Part shown: positions 1-9,559 of the stretch, one piece after another
Numbering within the stretch: the first letter of the stretch is position 1
Layout of the letters: each line of letters starts with the position of its first letter
Source of the DNA: Candidatus Yanofskybacteria bacterium
Lineage (GTDB): Bacteria; Patescibacteriota; Minisyncoccia; 2-02-FULL-40-12; IGHO2-12-FULL-4
Assembly (NCBI GenBank): GCA_016185525.1
Contig: JACPNK010000006.1
Coordinates: 115,440 to 179,439, forward strand
Length of the DNA stretch: 64,000 nt
Direction of reading: 5' to 3'
Program-made: the position numbers and the translations under genes
The notes under the pieces: model-generated
What the model saw: only the letters and a program-made list of their open reading frames with translations
The model's database searches: none
Told to the model about the DNA's origin: nothing

Positions 1-402
1 TAGCCCGGGTGACAGGGTAGCTATATCAATAAGCAATGATCTGCGGAAACCTAACATTATCGGTTATGCTGAGGTTGGGATTGTTAAGAAGTCAATAATC
101 TATTGGTTAGGCTTTATCGACGAATTTGAGAGAGATTTAGTGGAAAACATTGGCGCTAAAACTATGGAAGGAGTTTTAGCAGATATGCAATCTGTGTATG
201 GTAGCCATGTTGGGATTCGTGATGTCATAAGTATAATAGAGTTGATTGGGCCCGAAAAAAGTAACTAGCCAGCAATGGCTTTTTTGTTTGTCTTCTGCGA
301 ATGAGGCAGTAACATCAAGGCGACGCCTTGATGTTGTTATGTCAAACTATTGCAATTTTTGTGGGAACAATGTAGGCTCTTTTTTAGTTCTCATTATTTA
401 AT

Positions 403-774
403 TTGGGAGAAAAAATGAAACCAGCTTTGCAGGCGCTTCTTATTGCACCCGACTGTTGTGTGCGGGACCAAATTGTTTGGGGAACCAAAACAGTTACGAT
501 TAGAGAGGGACACAGAGATTATAAGCTGGGCAAGGTTATGCTTTGTTGTCACTTAGAACCTTGGGCTGTAATGGCGGATATCACGGAAGTTCGACATTGT
601 TTGCTCAAAGAAGTAACAAAAGAAGAATGTTTTGATGATGGTTTTTCAAACAGAGTAGAACTTCTTCATGACTTACAAAGATTTTACCCTGATCTGACAG
701 CAAACTCACCTGTAACTGTTATAAAGTGGGCTAATGTAACGGGAACATTGGTACCGAAGCGGAATGCCTGTTGA
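403..774 (+). CDS. ASCH/PUA-like domain protein (hypothetical)
   Basis: 123-aa ORF; GTKTVTIR resembles the ASCH GxKxxExR motif; no other recognisable motif. Confidence 0.4.
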   Translation: MGEKMKPALQALLIAPDCCVRDQIVWGTKTVTIREGHRDYKLGKVMLCCHLEPWAVMADITEVRHCLLKEVTKEECFDDGFSNRVELLHDLQRFYPDLTANSPVTVIKWANVTGTLVPKRNAC

Positions 775-843
775 TAAGTTGTGGCTTTCTAGGAAACTTT
801 TGAGAGCAGAAACTCAAATCGCTAATAAAATGGCGATTTTTTT

Positions 844-945
844 GTGGTCACAATAACCAAAATCAAAAAAGTGGTTATAAACATTGCAGAGTGGTAACAA
901 TGTAGCATATAATGTAGCTATAGTGGTTAATTGTGGATAGAAGTG
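844..945 (+). promoter_or_regulatory. mraZ promoter/operator region with repeated GTGG(T/A)TA boxes
   Basis: GTGG-containing direct repeats at 844, 871, 891, 923 and 933, and TATAAT at 908-913, directly upstream of mraZ; MraZ is known to bind GTGG-type direct repeats in its own promoter. Confidence 0.45.
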
Positions 946-978
946 TTAATAACCAGCCTTAAAAGTTTATAACCCAAA

Positions 979-1413
979 ATGCTTGTCGGTGAATATACAC
1001 ATACAATTGATGCGAAAAAGAGGCTGGCGATACCTTCAAAATTAAGGAAGGAGATTGGGGATAGGGCGGTTTTGACCAGAGGTTTGGACGGCTGTTTATT
1101 TTTGTTCTCTATGAAAGAATGGGAAATTTTTGCAGAGAAGATTGGTCAACTGTCTTTTGTGCAAAGAGATACCAGAGAATTTAAAAGAATATTTTTATCA
1201 GGCGCTTCGGAAGTTGAGACGGACCAGTTGGGCAGAATCTTGATTCCGGACTACTTAAAAAATTATGCCCAGCTTGGAAAAAAAATTGTGATTGCCGGAT
1301 TATTTAACCGTTTGGAAATTTGGGATTTTGAAAAGTGGGAAGCGCACAAGAAAGGGCTTGAAAATCAGGCAGATAAAATTGCCGAGAAGATGGGGGAGAT
1401 GGGGATTATTTAG
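979..1413 (+). CDS. mraZ: transcriptional regulator MraZ
   Basis: 144 aa with tandem MraZ half-domains (DAKKRLAIP... and ...QLGRILIP) at the head of rsmH-ftsL-ftsI. Confidence 0.85.
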   Translation: MLVGEYTHTIDAKKRLAIPSKLRKEIGDRAVLTRGLDGCLFLFSMKEWEIFAEKIGQLSFVQRDTREFKRIFLSGASEVETDQLGRILIPDYLKNYAQLGKKIVIAGLFNRLEIWDFEKWEAHKKGLENQADKIAEKMGEMGII

Positions 1414-1526
1414 AATTTAAAATCCAAAGCTCAAATGACTAATGACAAATCAATGTCAAAATCCAAAATCCAAATTAAATTATTTTTTTGAGCTTTGCCA
1501 TTGGTCATTGAATTGTCATTTGGATT

Positions 1527-2429
1527 TTGTCATTAAGATTTATGGTTCATATCCCTGTTCTTTTAGATGAAGTTCTTGAATATCTTGACCCGAAACCCGG
1601 GCAGAAGTTTATTGACGCTACGATTGACGGCGGCGGGCACAGCGCGGCAATTCTGGGAAAGATTGGACCAAACGGAAAGGTTCTTGGTATTGAGATAACT
1701 CCAGAGCTATTCTCTGCCGCTAAATTAAAAATTGAAAATGAAAAATTAAAAAATTTAGTTGTTGTCAATGACAGTTATGTAAATTTAAAAAAGATAGCTG
1801 AAGAAAATAATTTTACTGGAGCGGATGGAATTTTGTTTGATTTGGGCATGTCGTCCTGGCACTTGGATCAAAGCGGCAGAGGCTTCAGTTTTCAAAAAGA
1901 CGAGATTCTGGATATGAGATTTAATAGCGAGACAGAGTTTTCTGCCTTAGAAATTGTAAATACTTTTTCAGAAAACGACTTAAAACAGATAATCAGCGAA
2001 TATGGCGAAGAAAGGTTTGCCGAGAGCATCGCTAAAAAAATCGTAGAAGCCAGAAAAATAAAAATAATAAAAACAACGCTTGAGTTGGTGGAAATCATTA
2101 AAAATTCAGTGCCGGTCTGGTATACCAACAAAAGAATCAATCCGGCAACCAAAACTTTTCAGGCTCTAAGAATAAGGGTAAACCAAGAATTGGAAAATAT
2201 TGCGAAAGGTTTGGATGGCGCTTTGGAAATATTAAAAAAAGACGGCCGAGCGGCAGTAATTTCTTTCCATGCTTTGGAAGACAGAGTCGTTAAAAATAAA
2301 TTTAAAGATTTTAAAAACAAAGGACTTGTGGAAATTTTAACTAAAAAGGCTGTGGCGCCTGAATATCCGGATGTTAAGTCCAACCCAAGAGCTAGAAGCG
2401 CAAAGTTGAGGGTTTTTAAAAAAATATGA
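1527..2429 (+). CDS. rsmH: 16S rRNA (cytosine1402-N4)-methyltransferase RsmH
   Basis: HIPVLLDEVLEYL and GGGHS SAM-binding motifs; canonical position after mraZ. Confidence 0.9.
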   Translation: MSLRFMVHIPVLLDEVLEYLDPKPGQKFIDATIDGGGHSAAILGKIGPNGKVLGIEITPELFSAAKLKIENEKLKNLVVVNDSYVNLKKIAEENNFTGADGILFDLGMSSWHLDQSGRGFSFQKDEILDMRFNSETEFSALEIVNTFSENDLKQIISEYGEERFAESIAKKIVEARKIKIIKTTLELVEIIKNSVPVWYTNKRINPATKTFQALRIRVNQELENIAKGLDGALEILKKDGRAAVISFHALEDRVVKNKFKDFKNKGLVEILTKKAVAPEYPDVKSNPRARSAKLRVFKKI

Positions 2430-2773
2430 CAAACAGGCAAAAATTGCATATAAAAGAATTGGACGGCGGTTTTGTGTTAAACGGATGTGTTTTGTTGAAC
2501 TTGGCTTTGTTGTCTTTGTTGGCGGTTCTTGTTGTTTGGTATGCTTTTTGGGCTAACTTTTTGGCTTCGCGTCAATACAAAACAAGCCAGTTTGAAATTA
2601 AGCTTTCGGGTATAACCCGTAAAAACAATGAACTGGTCGCCGAAAAATCAGAAGCAGTCAAGTTGAGCTCCCTCTTAATTTTTAGCAGTCAGTCGGGTTT
2701 GATTGAGCAAAAAAATACGGAATACGTTTTTGACAGAAGAGATGTGGCTCAAATTGAAAAATCTTTGCGCTAA
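2426..2773 (+). CDS. ftsL: cell division protein FtsL-like (single-pass membrane)
   Basis: 115 aa with one TM helix followed by a coiled-coil-like region; lies between rsmH and ftsI with start/stop overlaps. Confidence 0.45.
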   Translation: MTNRQKLHIKELDGGFVLNGCVLLNLALLSLLAVLVVWYAFWANFLASRQYKTSQFEIKLSGITRKNNELVAEKSEAVKLSSLLIFSSQSGLIEQKNTEYVFDRRDVAQIEKSLR

Positions 2774-4443
2774 TGTTGTCCCGTTGGAGAGTTAATATTT
2801 TTTTAATATCCATTTTGTTGGCATGGGGCCTGGTTTTTTACAGGCTTTTTTATTTATCGTACTTTCAACACGATGCTTTTATTAAGACGGCCGAGACGCA
2901 GTACCAGAATCAAAAAAGTAATTTGGTAAAAAGAGGAAGTATATATGTCAGCGATTTGAGCAATGGAGAGAAGGAATTGGTTGCAACTCAAAAAACTTAC
3001 GCCTTTATTTACGCTATACCGAAAGAATCAAAAGATCCGGCTTTGTCCGCCCAAAAACTGTCCGAGACGGTTGGTGTTTCCGCTGACCAGGCGCTTAAAC
3101 TGTTTGAAAAAAAAGATGACCCTTTTGAAATTGTTGAACGAAACCCAAGCGAGGCTCAACTGGATGCCGTGAGAAGTTTAAATTTTAAGGAAATAGCTAT
3201 TGGTTATGAAGAAAGAAGAGTTTATCCGAAAGGAAATTTTTTAAGCCAAGTTCTGGGTTTTCTGGGTTTTGAGGGGGATGAAAGGACGGGACAATACGGG
3301 GTGGAGTCTTTTTACAACGACTGGTTGTCGGGCAATGACTCAACCGACTCGTCTTTTTTTGGAAAGAAAAAGAGTCTGACCGCAGGCCGGGGCGATGATA
3401 TTATTCTTACGGTTGATAAAAATATCCAGCTTTTTGCGGAAGAAGAACTGGGCTATTTGATGAAAAAGTGGGATTCGGTTTCAGGTACGATCATAATTCA
3501 AGATCCCAGAGACGGTTCTATTATGGCCATGGCCGGGTCGCCAAGTTTTGATCCAAATAACTATGGCCAATACCGTTTGGAAGATTTTACCAATAAGTCA
3601 GTCCAAGAAATTTTTGAGCCGGGATCTTCTTTCAAGCCTATTACTTTAAGCGGAGCTTTGGATCAAAAAAAAATTACTCCGGAAACAACCTATTTTGATT
3701 CTGGCGAGGTGGATATAGCGGGCTATAAAATAAAAAATTTCAATGAAAAAAGTTTTGGTACGCAGACGATGAGCCAGGTGCTGGAGAAGTCTTTAAACAC
3801 GGGGGCTATGTTTGCTGAAGAAAAATTGGGGGACAAGAACTTTTTGAACTATATAATAAATTTCGGTTTTGGCCAGACATCAGGCATAGACTTGGCGGTT
3901 GAGTCCGCTGGCGACATATCAAACCTTTATTTCGGCAGAAAGATTAACTTTGCCACGGCTTCTTTCGGCCAAGGCATTGCGGTGACTCCGTTGCAGTTGA
4001 TAAATGCCTACTCTGCGTTGGCCAACGGGGGCAGGCTTTACAAGCCGTTCATAGTTAGAGAAAGAACCAAGTCCAGCGGTGAGTCAGTTAAAACTCAACC
4101 CGAACTGGTGGGTACGCCCATTTCTGAAAGAACTTCGTCACAAATCAAAGCCATGCTTGTAAAAGTTGTGGAAAACGGTTTTGATAAGGCTGTGGTGAGG
4201 GGCTATGATGTCGCCGGTAAGACCGGCACGGCCCAGATTGCCTCAAAAACCGGAGGTTACTCTGAAGAGTTTGTTCACGATATTGTCGGTTTTGCGCCGG
4301 CTTTTGATCCCAAGTTTGTGGTTTTGATAAAGTTGGAAAAGCCCAAGGGGATTAAATTTGCTTCTGACAGCCTTTCTCCCTCTTTGGGTAAAATAACCAA
4401 GTTTTTATTAAACTACTTTCAGATTCCTCCAACAAAGCAATGA
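2773..4443 (+). CDS. ftsI: penicillin-binding protein 2/3 (peptidoglycan transpeptidase FtsI)
   Basis: N-terminal TM and dimerisation domain, transpeptidase motifs (SxxK-like, SxN, KTGT = KTGTAQ); dcw context. Confidence 0.85.
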   Translation: MLSRWRVNIFLISILLAWGLVFYRLFYLSYFQHDAFIKTAETQYQNQKSNLVKRGSIYVSDLSNGEKELVATQKTYAFIYAIPKESKDPALSAQKLSETVGVSADQALKLFEKKDDPFEIVERNPSEAQLDAVRSLNFKEIAIGYEERRVYPKGNFLSQVLGFLGFEGDERTGQYGVESFYNDWLSGNDSTDSSFFGKKKSLTAGRGDDIILTVDKNIQLFAEEELGYLMKKWDSVSGTIIIQDPRDGSIMAMAGSPSFDPNNYGQYRLEDFTNKSVQEIFEPGSSFKPITLSGALDQKKITPETTYFDSGEVDIAGYKIKNFNEKSFGTQTMSQVLEKSLNTGAMFAEEKLGDKNFLNYIINFGFGQTSGIDLAVESAGDISNLYFGRKINFATASFGQGIAVTPLQLINAYSALANGGRLYKPFIVRERTKSSGESVKTQPELVGTPISERTSSQIKAMLVKVVENGFDKAVVRGYDVAGKTGTAQIASKTGGYSEEFVHDIVGFAPAFDPKFVVLIKLEKPKGIKFASDSLSPSLGKITKFLLNYFQIPPTKQ

Positions 4444-5738
4444 TGAAATATTTTCTCGCCAAAATTCTTACACTTTTGGCTTGGGCTTACGTTAAGCGTT
4501 ACAAACCGCAAGTTATTGCTATTACCGGCAATGTCGGTAAAACTTCAACCAAGGAGGCGGTTGCTGCTGTTTTGAGGGGGCACAAAAAAATTAGAGTCAG
4601 CGGCGGCAATTTAAACAATGAAATAGGGGTACCGTTGACTATTTTGGGCGACTGGGCGGAGCGCTACTATGACCAAGGCGGAACAACTGTGTTTTGGTTG
4701 AAGGTTCTCCGGAATTCGTTTTTCGGCTTGTTTGCTTATGATAAGAATTATCCGGAAGTTTTGATTATGGAATATGGAGCCGACCGTCCGGGTGATATTG
4801 CTAATTTGGCCAGAAATTTCAAACCGAATCTGGCTGTGGTTACGGCTGTCGGCGAAGTTCCCGTTCATGTTGAGTATTTTTCTGATGCAAGCGAGGTAGC
4901 CGCAGAAAAGTCAAAGTTAGTAGAGTCTCTGGCTGTGGGCGATTTTGCCGTTTTAAATTTTGATGACGAGGCAGTTTTGGGCATGAAACAAAAAACCAAA
5001 GCTAAGGTTTTGACTTTTGGCTTTGGCGAGGGAGCTGATGTTAAGATTTCTAACTTTGATTTTAGGATTGGCATTAATAACGAACCTTTGGGTGTCGGTT
5101 TTAAACTTAACCATGAAGAAAATTTTGTGCCGGTGAGGATAGAAGGAGCTTTAGGCAAGTCGCAGGCTTGGGCGGCCGGGGCAGCTACCGTTGTCGGTTT
5201 GTCTTTTGGGATGAATTTGATTTCAATCAGTCAGGCATTATCAAATTATCGGTCTGCCAACGGAAGGCTGAAAATACTCAAGGGTGTAAAAAATACTTTT
5301 ATCATAGATGACACATATAACTCTTCTCCGGCTTCCAGCCATTTGGCTTTAGAAACTCTAAAGAACCTTCCGGCCCACAGAAAAATTGCAGTTTTGGCGG
5401 ATATGTTGGAGCTGGGCCGTTATTCTGTTTCTGCCCATCAAGAGGTGGGCAACTTTGCGGCAACTTTTGCCGACCTGATTACTACTGTTGGACCGGGCGG
5501 AAAATTGATAGCGGATGCCGCCGGCAATCAAATGCCCAAGGACCGGATAATGTCTTTCGGTACCGCTGTGGAAGCCAAAATTAAGGTTCAAGAAATTTTG
5601 GAGGCAGGCGATTTAATTTTAATCAAAGGTTCGCAGGGAATGAGAATGGAAAGAATTGTTGAAGAAATTATGGCCGAACCGGAAAGAAAAAAAGAACTGC
5701 TTGTCAGGCAAAGCGAAAAATGGTTAGATAAGAAGTAG
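4440..5738 (+). CDS. murF: Mur ligase family, UDP-MurNAc-tripeptide--D-Ala-D-Ala ligase (MurF-like)
   Basis: ITGNVGKTSTKE P-loop of Mur ligases and a C-terminal Mur ligase domain; follows ftsI. Confidence 0.75.
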   Translation: MMKYFLAKILTLLAWAYVKRYKPQVIAITGNVGKTSTKEAVAAVLRGHKKIRVSGGNLNNEIGVPLTILGDWAERYYDQGGTTVFWLKVLRNSFFGLFAYDKNYPEVLIMEYGADRPGDIANLARNFKPNLAVVTAVGEVPVHVEYFSDASEVAAEKSKLVESLAVGDFAVLNFDDEAVLGMKQKTKAKVLTFGFGEGADVKISNFDFRIGINNEPLGVGFKLNHEENFVPVRIEGALGKSQAWAAGAATVVGLSFGMNLISISQALSNYRSANGRLKILKGVKNTFIIDDTYNSSPASSHLALETLKNLPAHRKIAVLADMLELGRYSVSAHQEVGNFAATFADLITTVGPGGKLIADAAGNQMPKDRIMSFGTAVEAKIKVQEILEAGDLILIKGSQGMRMERIVEEIMAEPERKKELLVRQSEKWLDKK

Positions 5739-5767
5739 TTTTTTGAAAGAGTAATAAGGAGAAATAA

Positions 5768-6130
5768 ATGCCGAGAATAGGAGAAAAGTTTGCCTTTGAT
5801 TTAACTTGGCAAGAAAAATTGGGGGTCGAGTCGGTTGCCAACAGAACAAGCTGGGAACACGAACACGAGAGAAAGGGTGACCACTACAACATAAATTGTC
5901 CTTGGTGTGGTAAAAACAATACTTATGTCACCGACGGAGTCGAGATTACTTCTCATCTTTCTCGTGTTTTTGAGAGGCCTTGTCAAATTTGCGGCAAGCT
6001 GATAATTTTTAAAGCCGAAATGGTGATTTTGGTTAAAGCAGTCAGAAAAGGGGACAAGGGTTATGTAAATGATCTTTTTGAAAGATTAAGCAAAAAACAA
6101 TTTGTTCCAGAACCTGCCGATTTGCCGTAA
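5768..6130 (+). CDS. hypothetical zinc-ribbon protein
   Basis: 120 aa with CPWCGK...CQICGK pairs; RBS AAGGAG upstream. Confidence 0.5.
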   Translation: MPRIGEKFAFDLTWQEKLGVESVANRTSWEHEHERKGDHYNINCPWCGKNNTYVTDGVEITSHLSRVFERPCQICGKLIIFKAEMVILVKAVRKGDKGYVNDLFERLSKKQFVPEPADLP

Positions 6131-6143
6131 TTTAATATTTAAC

Positions 6144-6172
6144 CCCATCGCAAAGGGGTTTTATTTTTACGG
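6144..6172 (+). terminator. rho-independent terminator
   Basis: aaccccatcgcaaaggggtt hairpin followed by ttttattttt. Confidence 0.5.
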
Positions 6173-6200
6173 AAAAATGTTAGAATCTAAAAAATAAAAT

Positions 6201-6275
6201 GGCGCCATCGTCTAGCTTGGCCTAGGACACAGGATTCTCATTCCTGGAACTGGGGTTCGAATCCCCATGGCGCTG
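6201..6275 (+). tRNA. tRNA-Glu (anticodon CTC)
   Basis: Cloverleaf with acceptor GGCGCCA/UGGCGCU, D-arm UCGUCUAG...GGACAC and T-arm GGGGUUCGAAUCCCC, all near-identical to bacterial tRNA-Glu; anticodon loop UUCUCAU; no encoded CCA. Confidence 0.85.
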
Positions 6276-6464
6276 CGACTGAACGAAGGTGAAGGAGTAC
6301 TGAGCAGAGCACTGCGAACATGCCCAAGGAGAATGGTCAGAATGAAATGACCAAGGAAGTAAGGGGATACTTTTATCTGCCTGTTTGACTTGACAAATAT
6401 TGCTGCGATGTTAATATGTGGCTAGAACTTTGTAAAACAGATCCTACAGAAAAAGGGTGTCAGA

Positions 6465-6881
6465 ATGAAATTACTCGTTGTGTTCCTGTTATTCTTTTTT
6501 ACTGCATTGTTTTTGTTTGGTGTAGAAAGAGTAGAGTATCTTGATGCGTCTGTGATGACCCCACCAAGGAAAACCTTCGAAACCGTTTTAAGAGCAACGG
6601 GTGGTAATGCTGGTTTAAATGCTGCCATTGGCGGTCTTATTATGGGTATCCCAGGTGCTATTGTTGGAGCAGCTATAACGGAAACCGGGCCATTTATTCA
6701 GGAAAAAAGATTAAAAACTTGTCAAGTTGCAGTTTTGCTTGATGATACCCAGTTATCATTAGAGCTGGATTCTGATTTTAGAAATCGCGAGAAATGTGGC
6801 ACCTTGGAAGAAGGGGATAAGGTAACTATTATTAAGGGTAGTTCCTTTCTGGGAGCTCCTAGATATGAGTTGGCGAGGTAG
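6465..6881 (+). CDS. secreted/lipoprotein-like glycine-zipper protein (hypothetical)
   Basis: Signal peptide and a GGNAGLNAAIGGLIMGIPGAIVGAAI glycine-zipper segment. Confidence 0.5.
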   Translation: MKLLVVFLLFFFTALFLFGVERVEYLDASVMTPPRKTFETVLRATGGNAGLNAAIGGLIMGIPGAIVGAAITETGPFIQEKRLKTCQVAVLLDDTQLSLELDSDFRNREKCGTLEEGDKVTIIKGSSFLGAPRYELAR

Positions 6882-7093
6882 ATTCAAAATGATCACCATG
6901 TCCCAATCGTCTTTTGGGAATAAATTATGTAAATGCCGATTAACAAATCGGCATTTTGATTACTTAAAATCGTGCTAAATTCAAAGAAAGTCGGGTTTTT
7001 AATAAAATACCCGTAGATTTGACCCAACAAAGTTTTTCTCGCCTTCGCTTGGCTCTATTGGCGCCGCCAGTTCAACTTTGTTAAAATTGTTTT

Positions 7094-7456
7094 ATGTTTA
7101 AATTCAGGTTTGCAGCCAACTTGTTGGTAGTTGCGCATTTTTTGTGGGTAGCCCTGTTGATTGGCGGGACGGTTTATGTTTTTTACAACCCATGGTATTT
7201 TTATTGGCATTTGACTATTGTAACAGCGACCTTGCTTTTAAATCTGCTTTTGGGCTACTGCCCGCTGACTTTGTGGGAAGAAAAAGTCAGGAGAAAAATC
7301 AATCCAAATTTTGATCATGACGGTTCATTTCTTGCCACCTATCTGCATAAAATTTCAGGGGTGAAAATTTCTGAAAGGCAGATGTTGGCTATAATTGCCT
7401 GGACAAAGTTTGGGGTTTATGTCGCGTCTATAACGGTTTTTTTGATAAAGAAGTGA
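7094..7456 (+). CDS. DUF2784-like small membrane protein
   Basis: 120 aa with 3-4 TM helices and a CPLT motif. Confidence 0.5.
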   Translation: MFKFRFAANLLVVAHFLWVALLIGGTVYVFYNPWYFYWHLTIVTATLLLNLLLGYCPLTLWEEKVRRKINPNFDHDGSFLATYLHKISGVKISERQMLAIIAWTKFGVYVASITVFLIKK

Positions 7457-7526
7457 TTGCAATAACTTATGCAAGCTCTTAAGTTGCTTTTTGACTTTTT
7501 AGTTGTCTTTTGTTAATATCGCATTT

Positions 7527-7844
7527 ATGTTCGCGGTAATTAAAACCGGGGGGAAGCAGTATAAGGTCGCTGAAGGCGATAAAATTTTGGTTGAGAAGCT
7601 TAATCTAGAAGCGGGCAAGGAGTTTGATTTTGAGGAGGTTTTGCTGGTAACTAATGGTAAGGCAGAAAACGCAAAAATCGGACAGCCTTTGATTGAGGGT
7701 GCCAAAGTGCATGCCAAAGTTTTAGAACAAGGCCGAGCCGACAAAAAAATTGTTTTTAAGTACCACTCAAAGACCCGCTACAAAAAGAAAAAAGGCCATC
7801 GCCAGCCTTTTACTAAAGTAGAGATCTTGAAAATTAACTCTTAA
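7527..7844 (+). CDS. rplU: 50S ribosomal protein L21
   Basis: MFAVIKTGGKQYKV... signature; the track ORF starts 24 nt upstream, and the internal ATG at 7527 fits the L21 N-terminus. Confidence 0.9.
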   Translation: MFAVIKTGGKQYKVAEGDKILVEKLNLEAGKEFDFEEVLLVTNGKAENAKIGQPLIEGAKVHAKVLEQGRADKKIVFKYHSKTRYKKKKGHRQPFTKVEILKINS

Positions 7845-7867
7845 AAAAGACGCCGGGGGCGTCTTTT
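7843..7867. terminator. bidirectional rho-independent terminator
   Basis: aaaagacgccgggggcgtctttt perfect hairpin between convergent rplU and the 7866..8867 gene. Confidence 0.7.
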
Positions 7868-8867
7868 ACATTTTTCTGAAAAATATTTTTTCAATGGCTT
7901 TGGCTATATCCAAATCAAGGACGCTATAGTCTCTGCCTGTTTTTAAAAAGGCTAGGTAAAGTTGTTCTTCTTCAGACAGCAAGTCTTTCGGTCCTAAAAG
8001 TTTTAGCATCCGGTCTTCATTATTCCAGATTGACCACGGATGTCTTTGGGTAAAAAGACCGTCTTTACCGAAAATAAATCTGTAGCTGTAAATCCAATTG
8101 CCAGCATAGCGCTGCATTAGTCTTTTTGCTCTTTGGGCTTCAAGTAATAATTTAGAGTACGCGGTAAATTTATTAAATAACTCGCTGTCTCTAGCAAAGT
8201 TGATGCGGATTGCACTCTGTACCAGCTTGCGGCATTGCGGACAGCTGACGATATGTTTTTTTATTTGTTTCTGGTCGTTGGGAGAAAATATCGGGAAAGT
8301 TCTCCATCCTTTGGCGTCTAAACACATGGGTGTCATAAACCTAGAGTTGTGTTGTAGAAAATGAAGTTGTAAAACCAACTGGCAGTGGGGACAATTTTTA
8401 TGATGTGCTGTAAGCTCCGTCTTTCTGGGCAACAATACTACTTGGTTTTTTCCGATCTCAATTGGGTTAAAGCAGTGCCTGTGGTGTTGCTTTAAGTTGT
8501 TTGTCCACTGGCTTGAGCCGTGTTTTTCACCAAGGCAGGTTCTTTCTTTAATTTCCGATGTTTCTTCTTCGCTTGGTTCCAGATAAAGAATTGGTAATAT
8601 GCGGGGCCAACTTTTGACAAGTCTTTGACAAAACTCGCAAGCGTCCAAATGGACTATTTCTGCGGCCGACAATTTCGGCCAGCATAGTTTGACTAGGTCA
8701 AAGTTAAGACATTGACTTGTTCTCTGGCAAAAATTCTTATACCCAGAATTCACAATTTTTTCTTCCAGGTCTGTTCTCAAGAGGTTGTCTGGTGAGTCAG
8801 GGTTTACACCGGAATCCTTTAACGTTTCCATGTCAAATAATGTTTCCGTGTCCAAGGGAGGCTCCAT
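7866..8867 (-). CDS. hypothetical cysteine-rich protein (multiple CxxC zinc-ribbon pairs)
   Basis: 333 aa with CPHCQ...CPQCRK and CxxxC...CEFC pairs; no family recognised. Confidence 0.5.
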   Translation of the reverse strand: MEPPLDTETLFDMETLKDSGVNPDSPDNLLRTDLEEKIVNSGYKNFCQRTSQCLNFDLVKLCWPKLSAAEIVHLDACEFCQRLVKSWPRILPILYLEPSEEETSEIKERTCLGEKHGSSQWTNNLKQHHRHCFNPIEIGKNQVVLLPRKTELTAHHKNCPHCQLVLQLHFLQHNSRFMTPMCLDAKGWRTFPIFSPNDQKQIKKHIVSCPQCRKLVQSAIRINFARDSELFNKFTAYSKLLLEAQRAKRLMQRYAGNWIYSYRFIFGKDGLFTQRHPWSIWNNEDRMLKLLGPKDLLSEEEQLYLAFLKTGRDYSVLDLDIAKAIEKIFFRKM

Positions 8868-8921
8868 TTATTTTATACTTAAAGAACGGATTTAACTCTA
8901 TTACATTTTAAAGCTCTTGTC

Positions 8922-8955
8922 AACCTTGTTGATTTGACAATCAGGTTGGTTTGAC
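8922..8955 (+). promoter_or_regulatory. sigma70-like promoter for the 8995 gene
   Basis: TTGACA, 17-nt spacer, TATAGT; several inverted ttgtcaa/ttgacaa boxes in a divergent region. Confidence 0.4.
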
Positions 8956-8994
8956 ATATAGTTAAAACTAAAGTTTTTTAAAAAGGAACAGACC

Positions 8995-9531
8995 TTGTCT
9001 ATAGAAAAAAGGAAACAAGCAGAGGAAGTTTTGTTTGATCTTTGTCGTAAATGTTCTGCTACGCCAGTTTTAGAGGTTTTGTTGGATCTCCGGGACCTAC
9101 ACAATTTTTACAAATTACCCGTTTGGCTGGAAGATGAGAATGGCTGTAATGTTTTTTCGGGTATTGTAAAAAATCTGGCTTCAAAGCCCAAGAAGCAAAG
9201 CTTTTCTATCGTTGAGGCAAATTTTTTGGCCAGCATGCTTTTGTGGCCGGAACTGCAAGAATATGCGGACAGTAATTCGCGTCTTGCAATTCTTTACGCT
9301 TTGGAAAACTCGTCTTTTCACGCTATTTTTGCGACACTGGCTCAACATATGGAGTTTCTGAGCAGTGTTTATGTAAGGGAGCCGGCTACCACTCATCGCA
9401 GTGCCGCTTTGGGCAAAGAGCTGGAAATGATCAGGAGGCTTATTCTAAAATGCGGCAGTGGCACAGAAAGTTTGGTGGCTGAAAACAGGCGGAGAGTTGA
9501 AGAAAAAAAGAAGGAAAACAAAGACACTTAA
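8995..9531 (+). CDS. hypothetical protein
   Basis: 178-aa ORF with an upstream promoter-like sequence and a downstream terminator. Confidence 0.5.
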   Translation: MSIEKRKQAEEVLFDLCRKCSATPVLEVLLDLRDLHNFYKLPVWLEDENGCNVFSGIVKNLASKPKKQSFSIVEANFLASMLLWPELQEYADSNSRLAILYALENSSFHAIFATLAQHMEFLSSVYVREPATTHRSAALGKELEMIRRLILKCGSGTESLVAENRRRVEEKKKENKDT

Positions 9532-9548
9532 GTTGAGTGTCTTTTTTT
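9519..9548. terminator. rho-independent terminator between convergent genes
   Basis: agacact..agtgtct hairpin followed by a T-run. Confidence 0.55.
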
Positions 9549-9559
9549 GTTTACCAAAC

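Noticed and set aside
1547-2449. Several antisense ORFs inside rsmH; similar antisense ORFs inside clpC, murA, dnaB, cysS, priA and gltX
   Set aside because: They are fully embedded in well-supported conserved genes on the opposite strand, have low-complexity composition and no RBS. Typical spurious ORFs.
6276-6420. GC-rich hairpin-containing segment 3' of tRNA-Glu, considered as SRP (4.5S) RNA or another housekeeping ncRNA
   Set aside because: ggtcag...aaggaag words loosely recall SRP domain IV, but the conserved GGAA tetraloop and AGCAGCC arrangement is not present. It is retained only as a possible element remnant.
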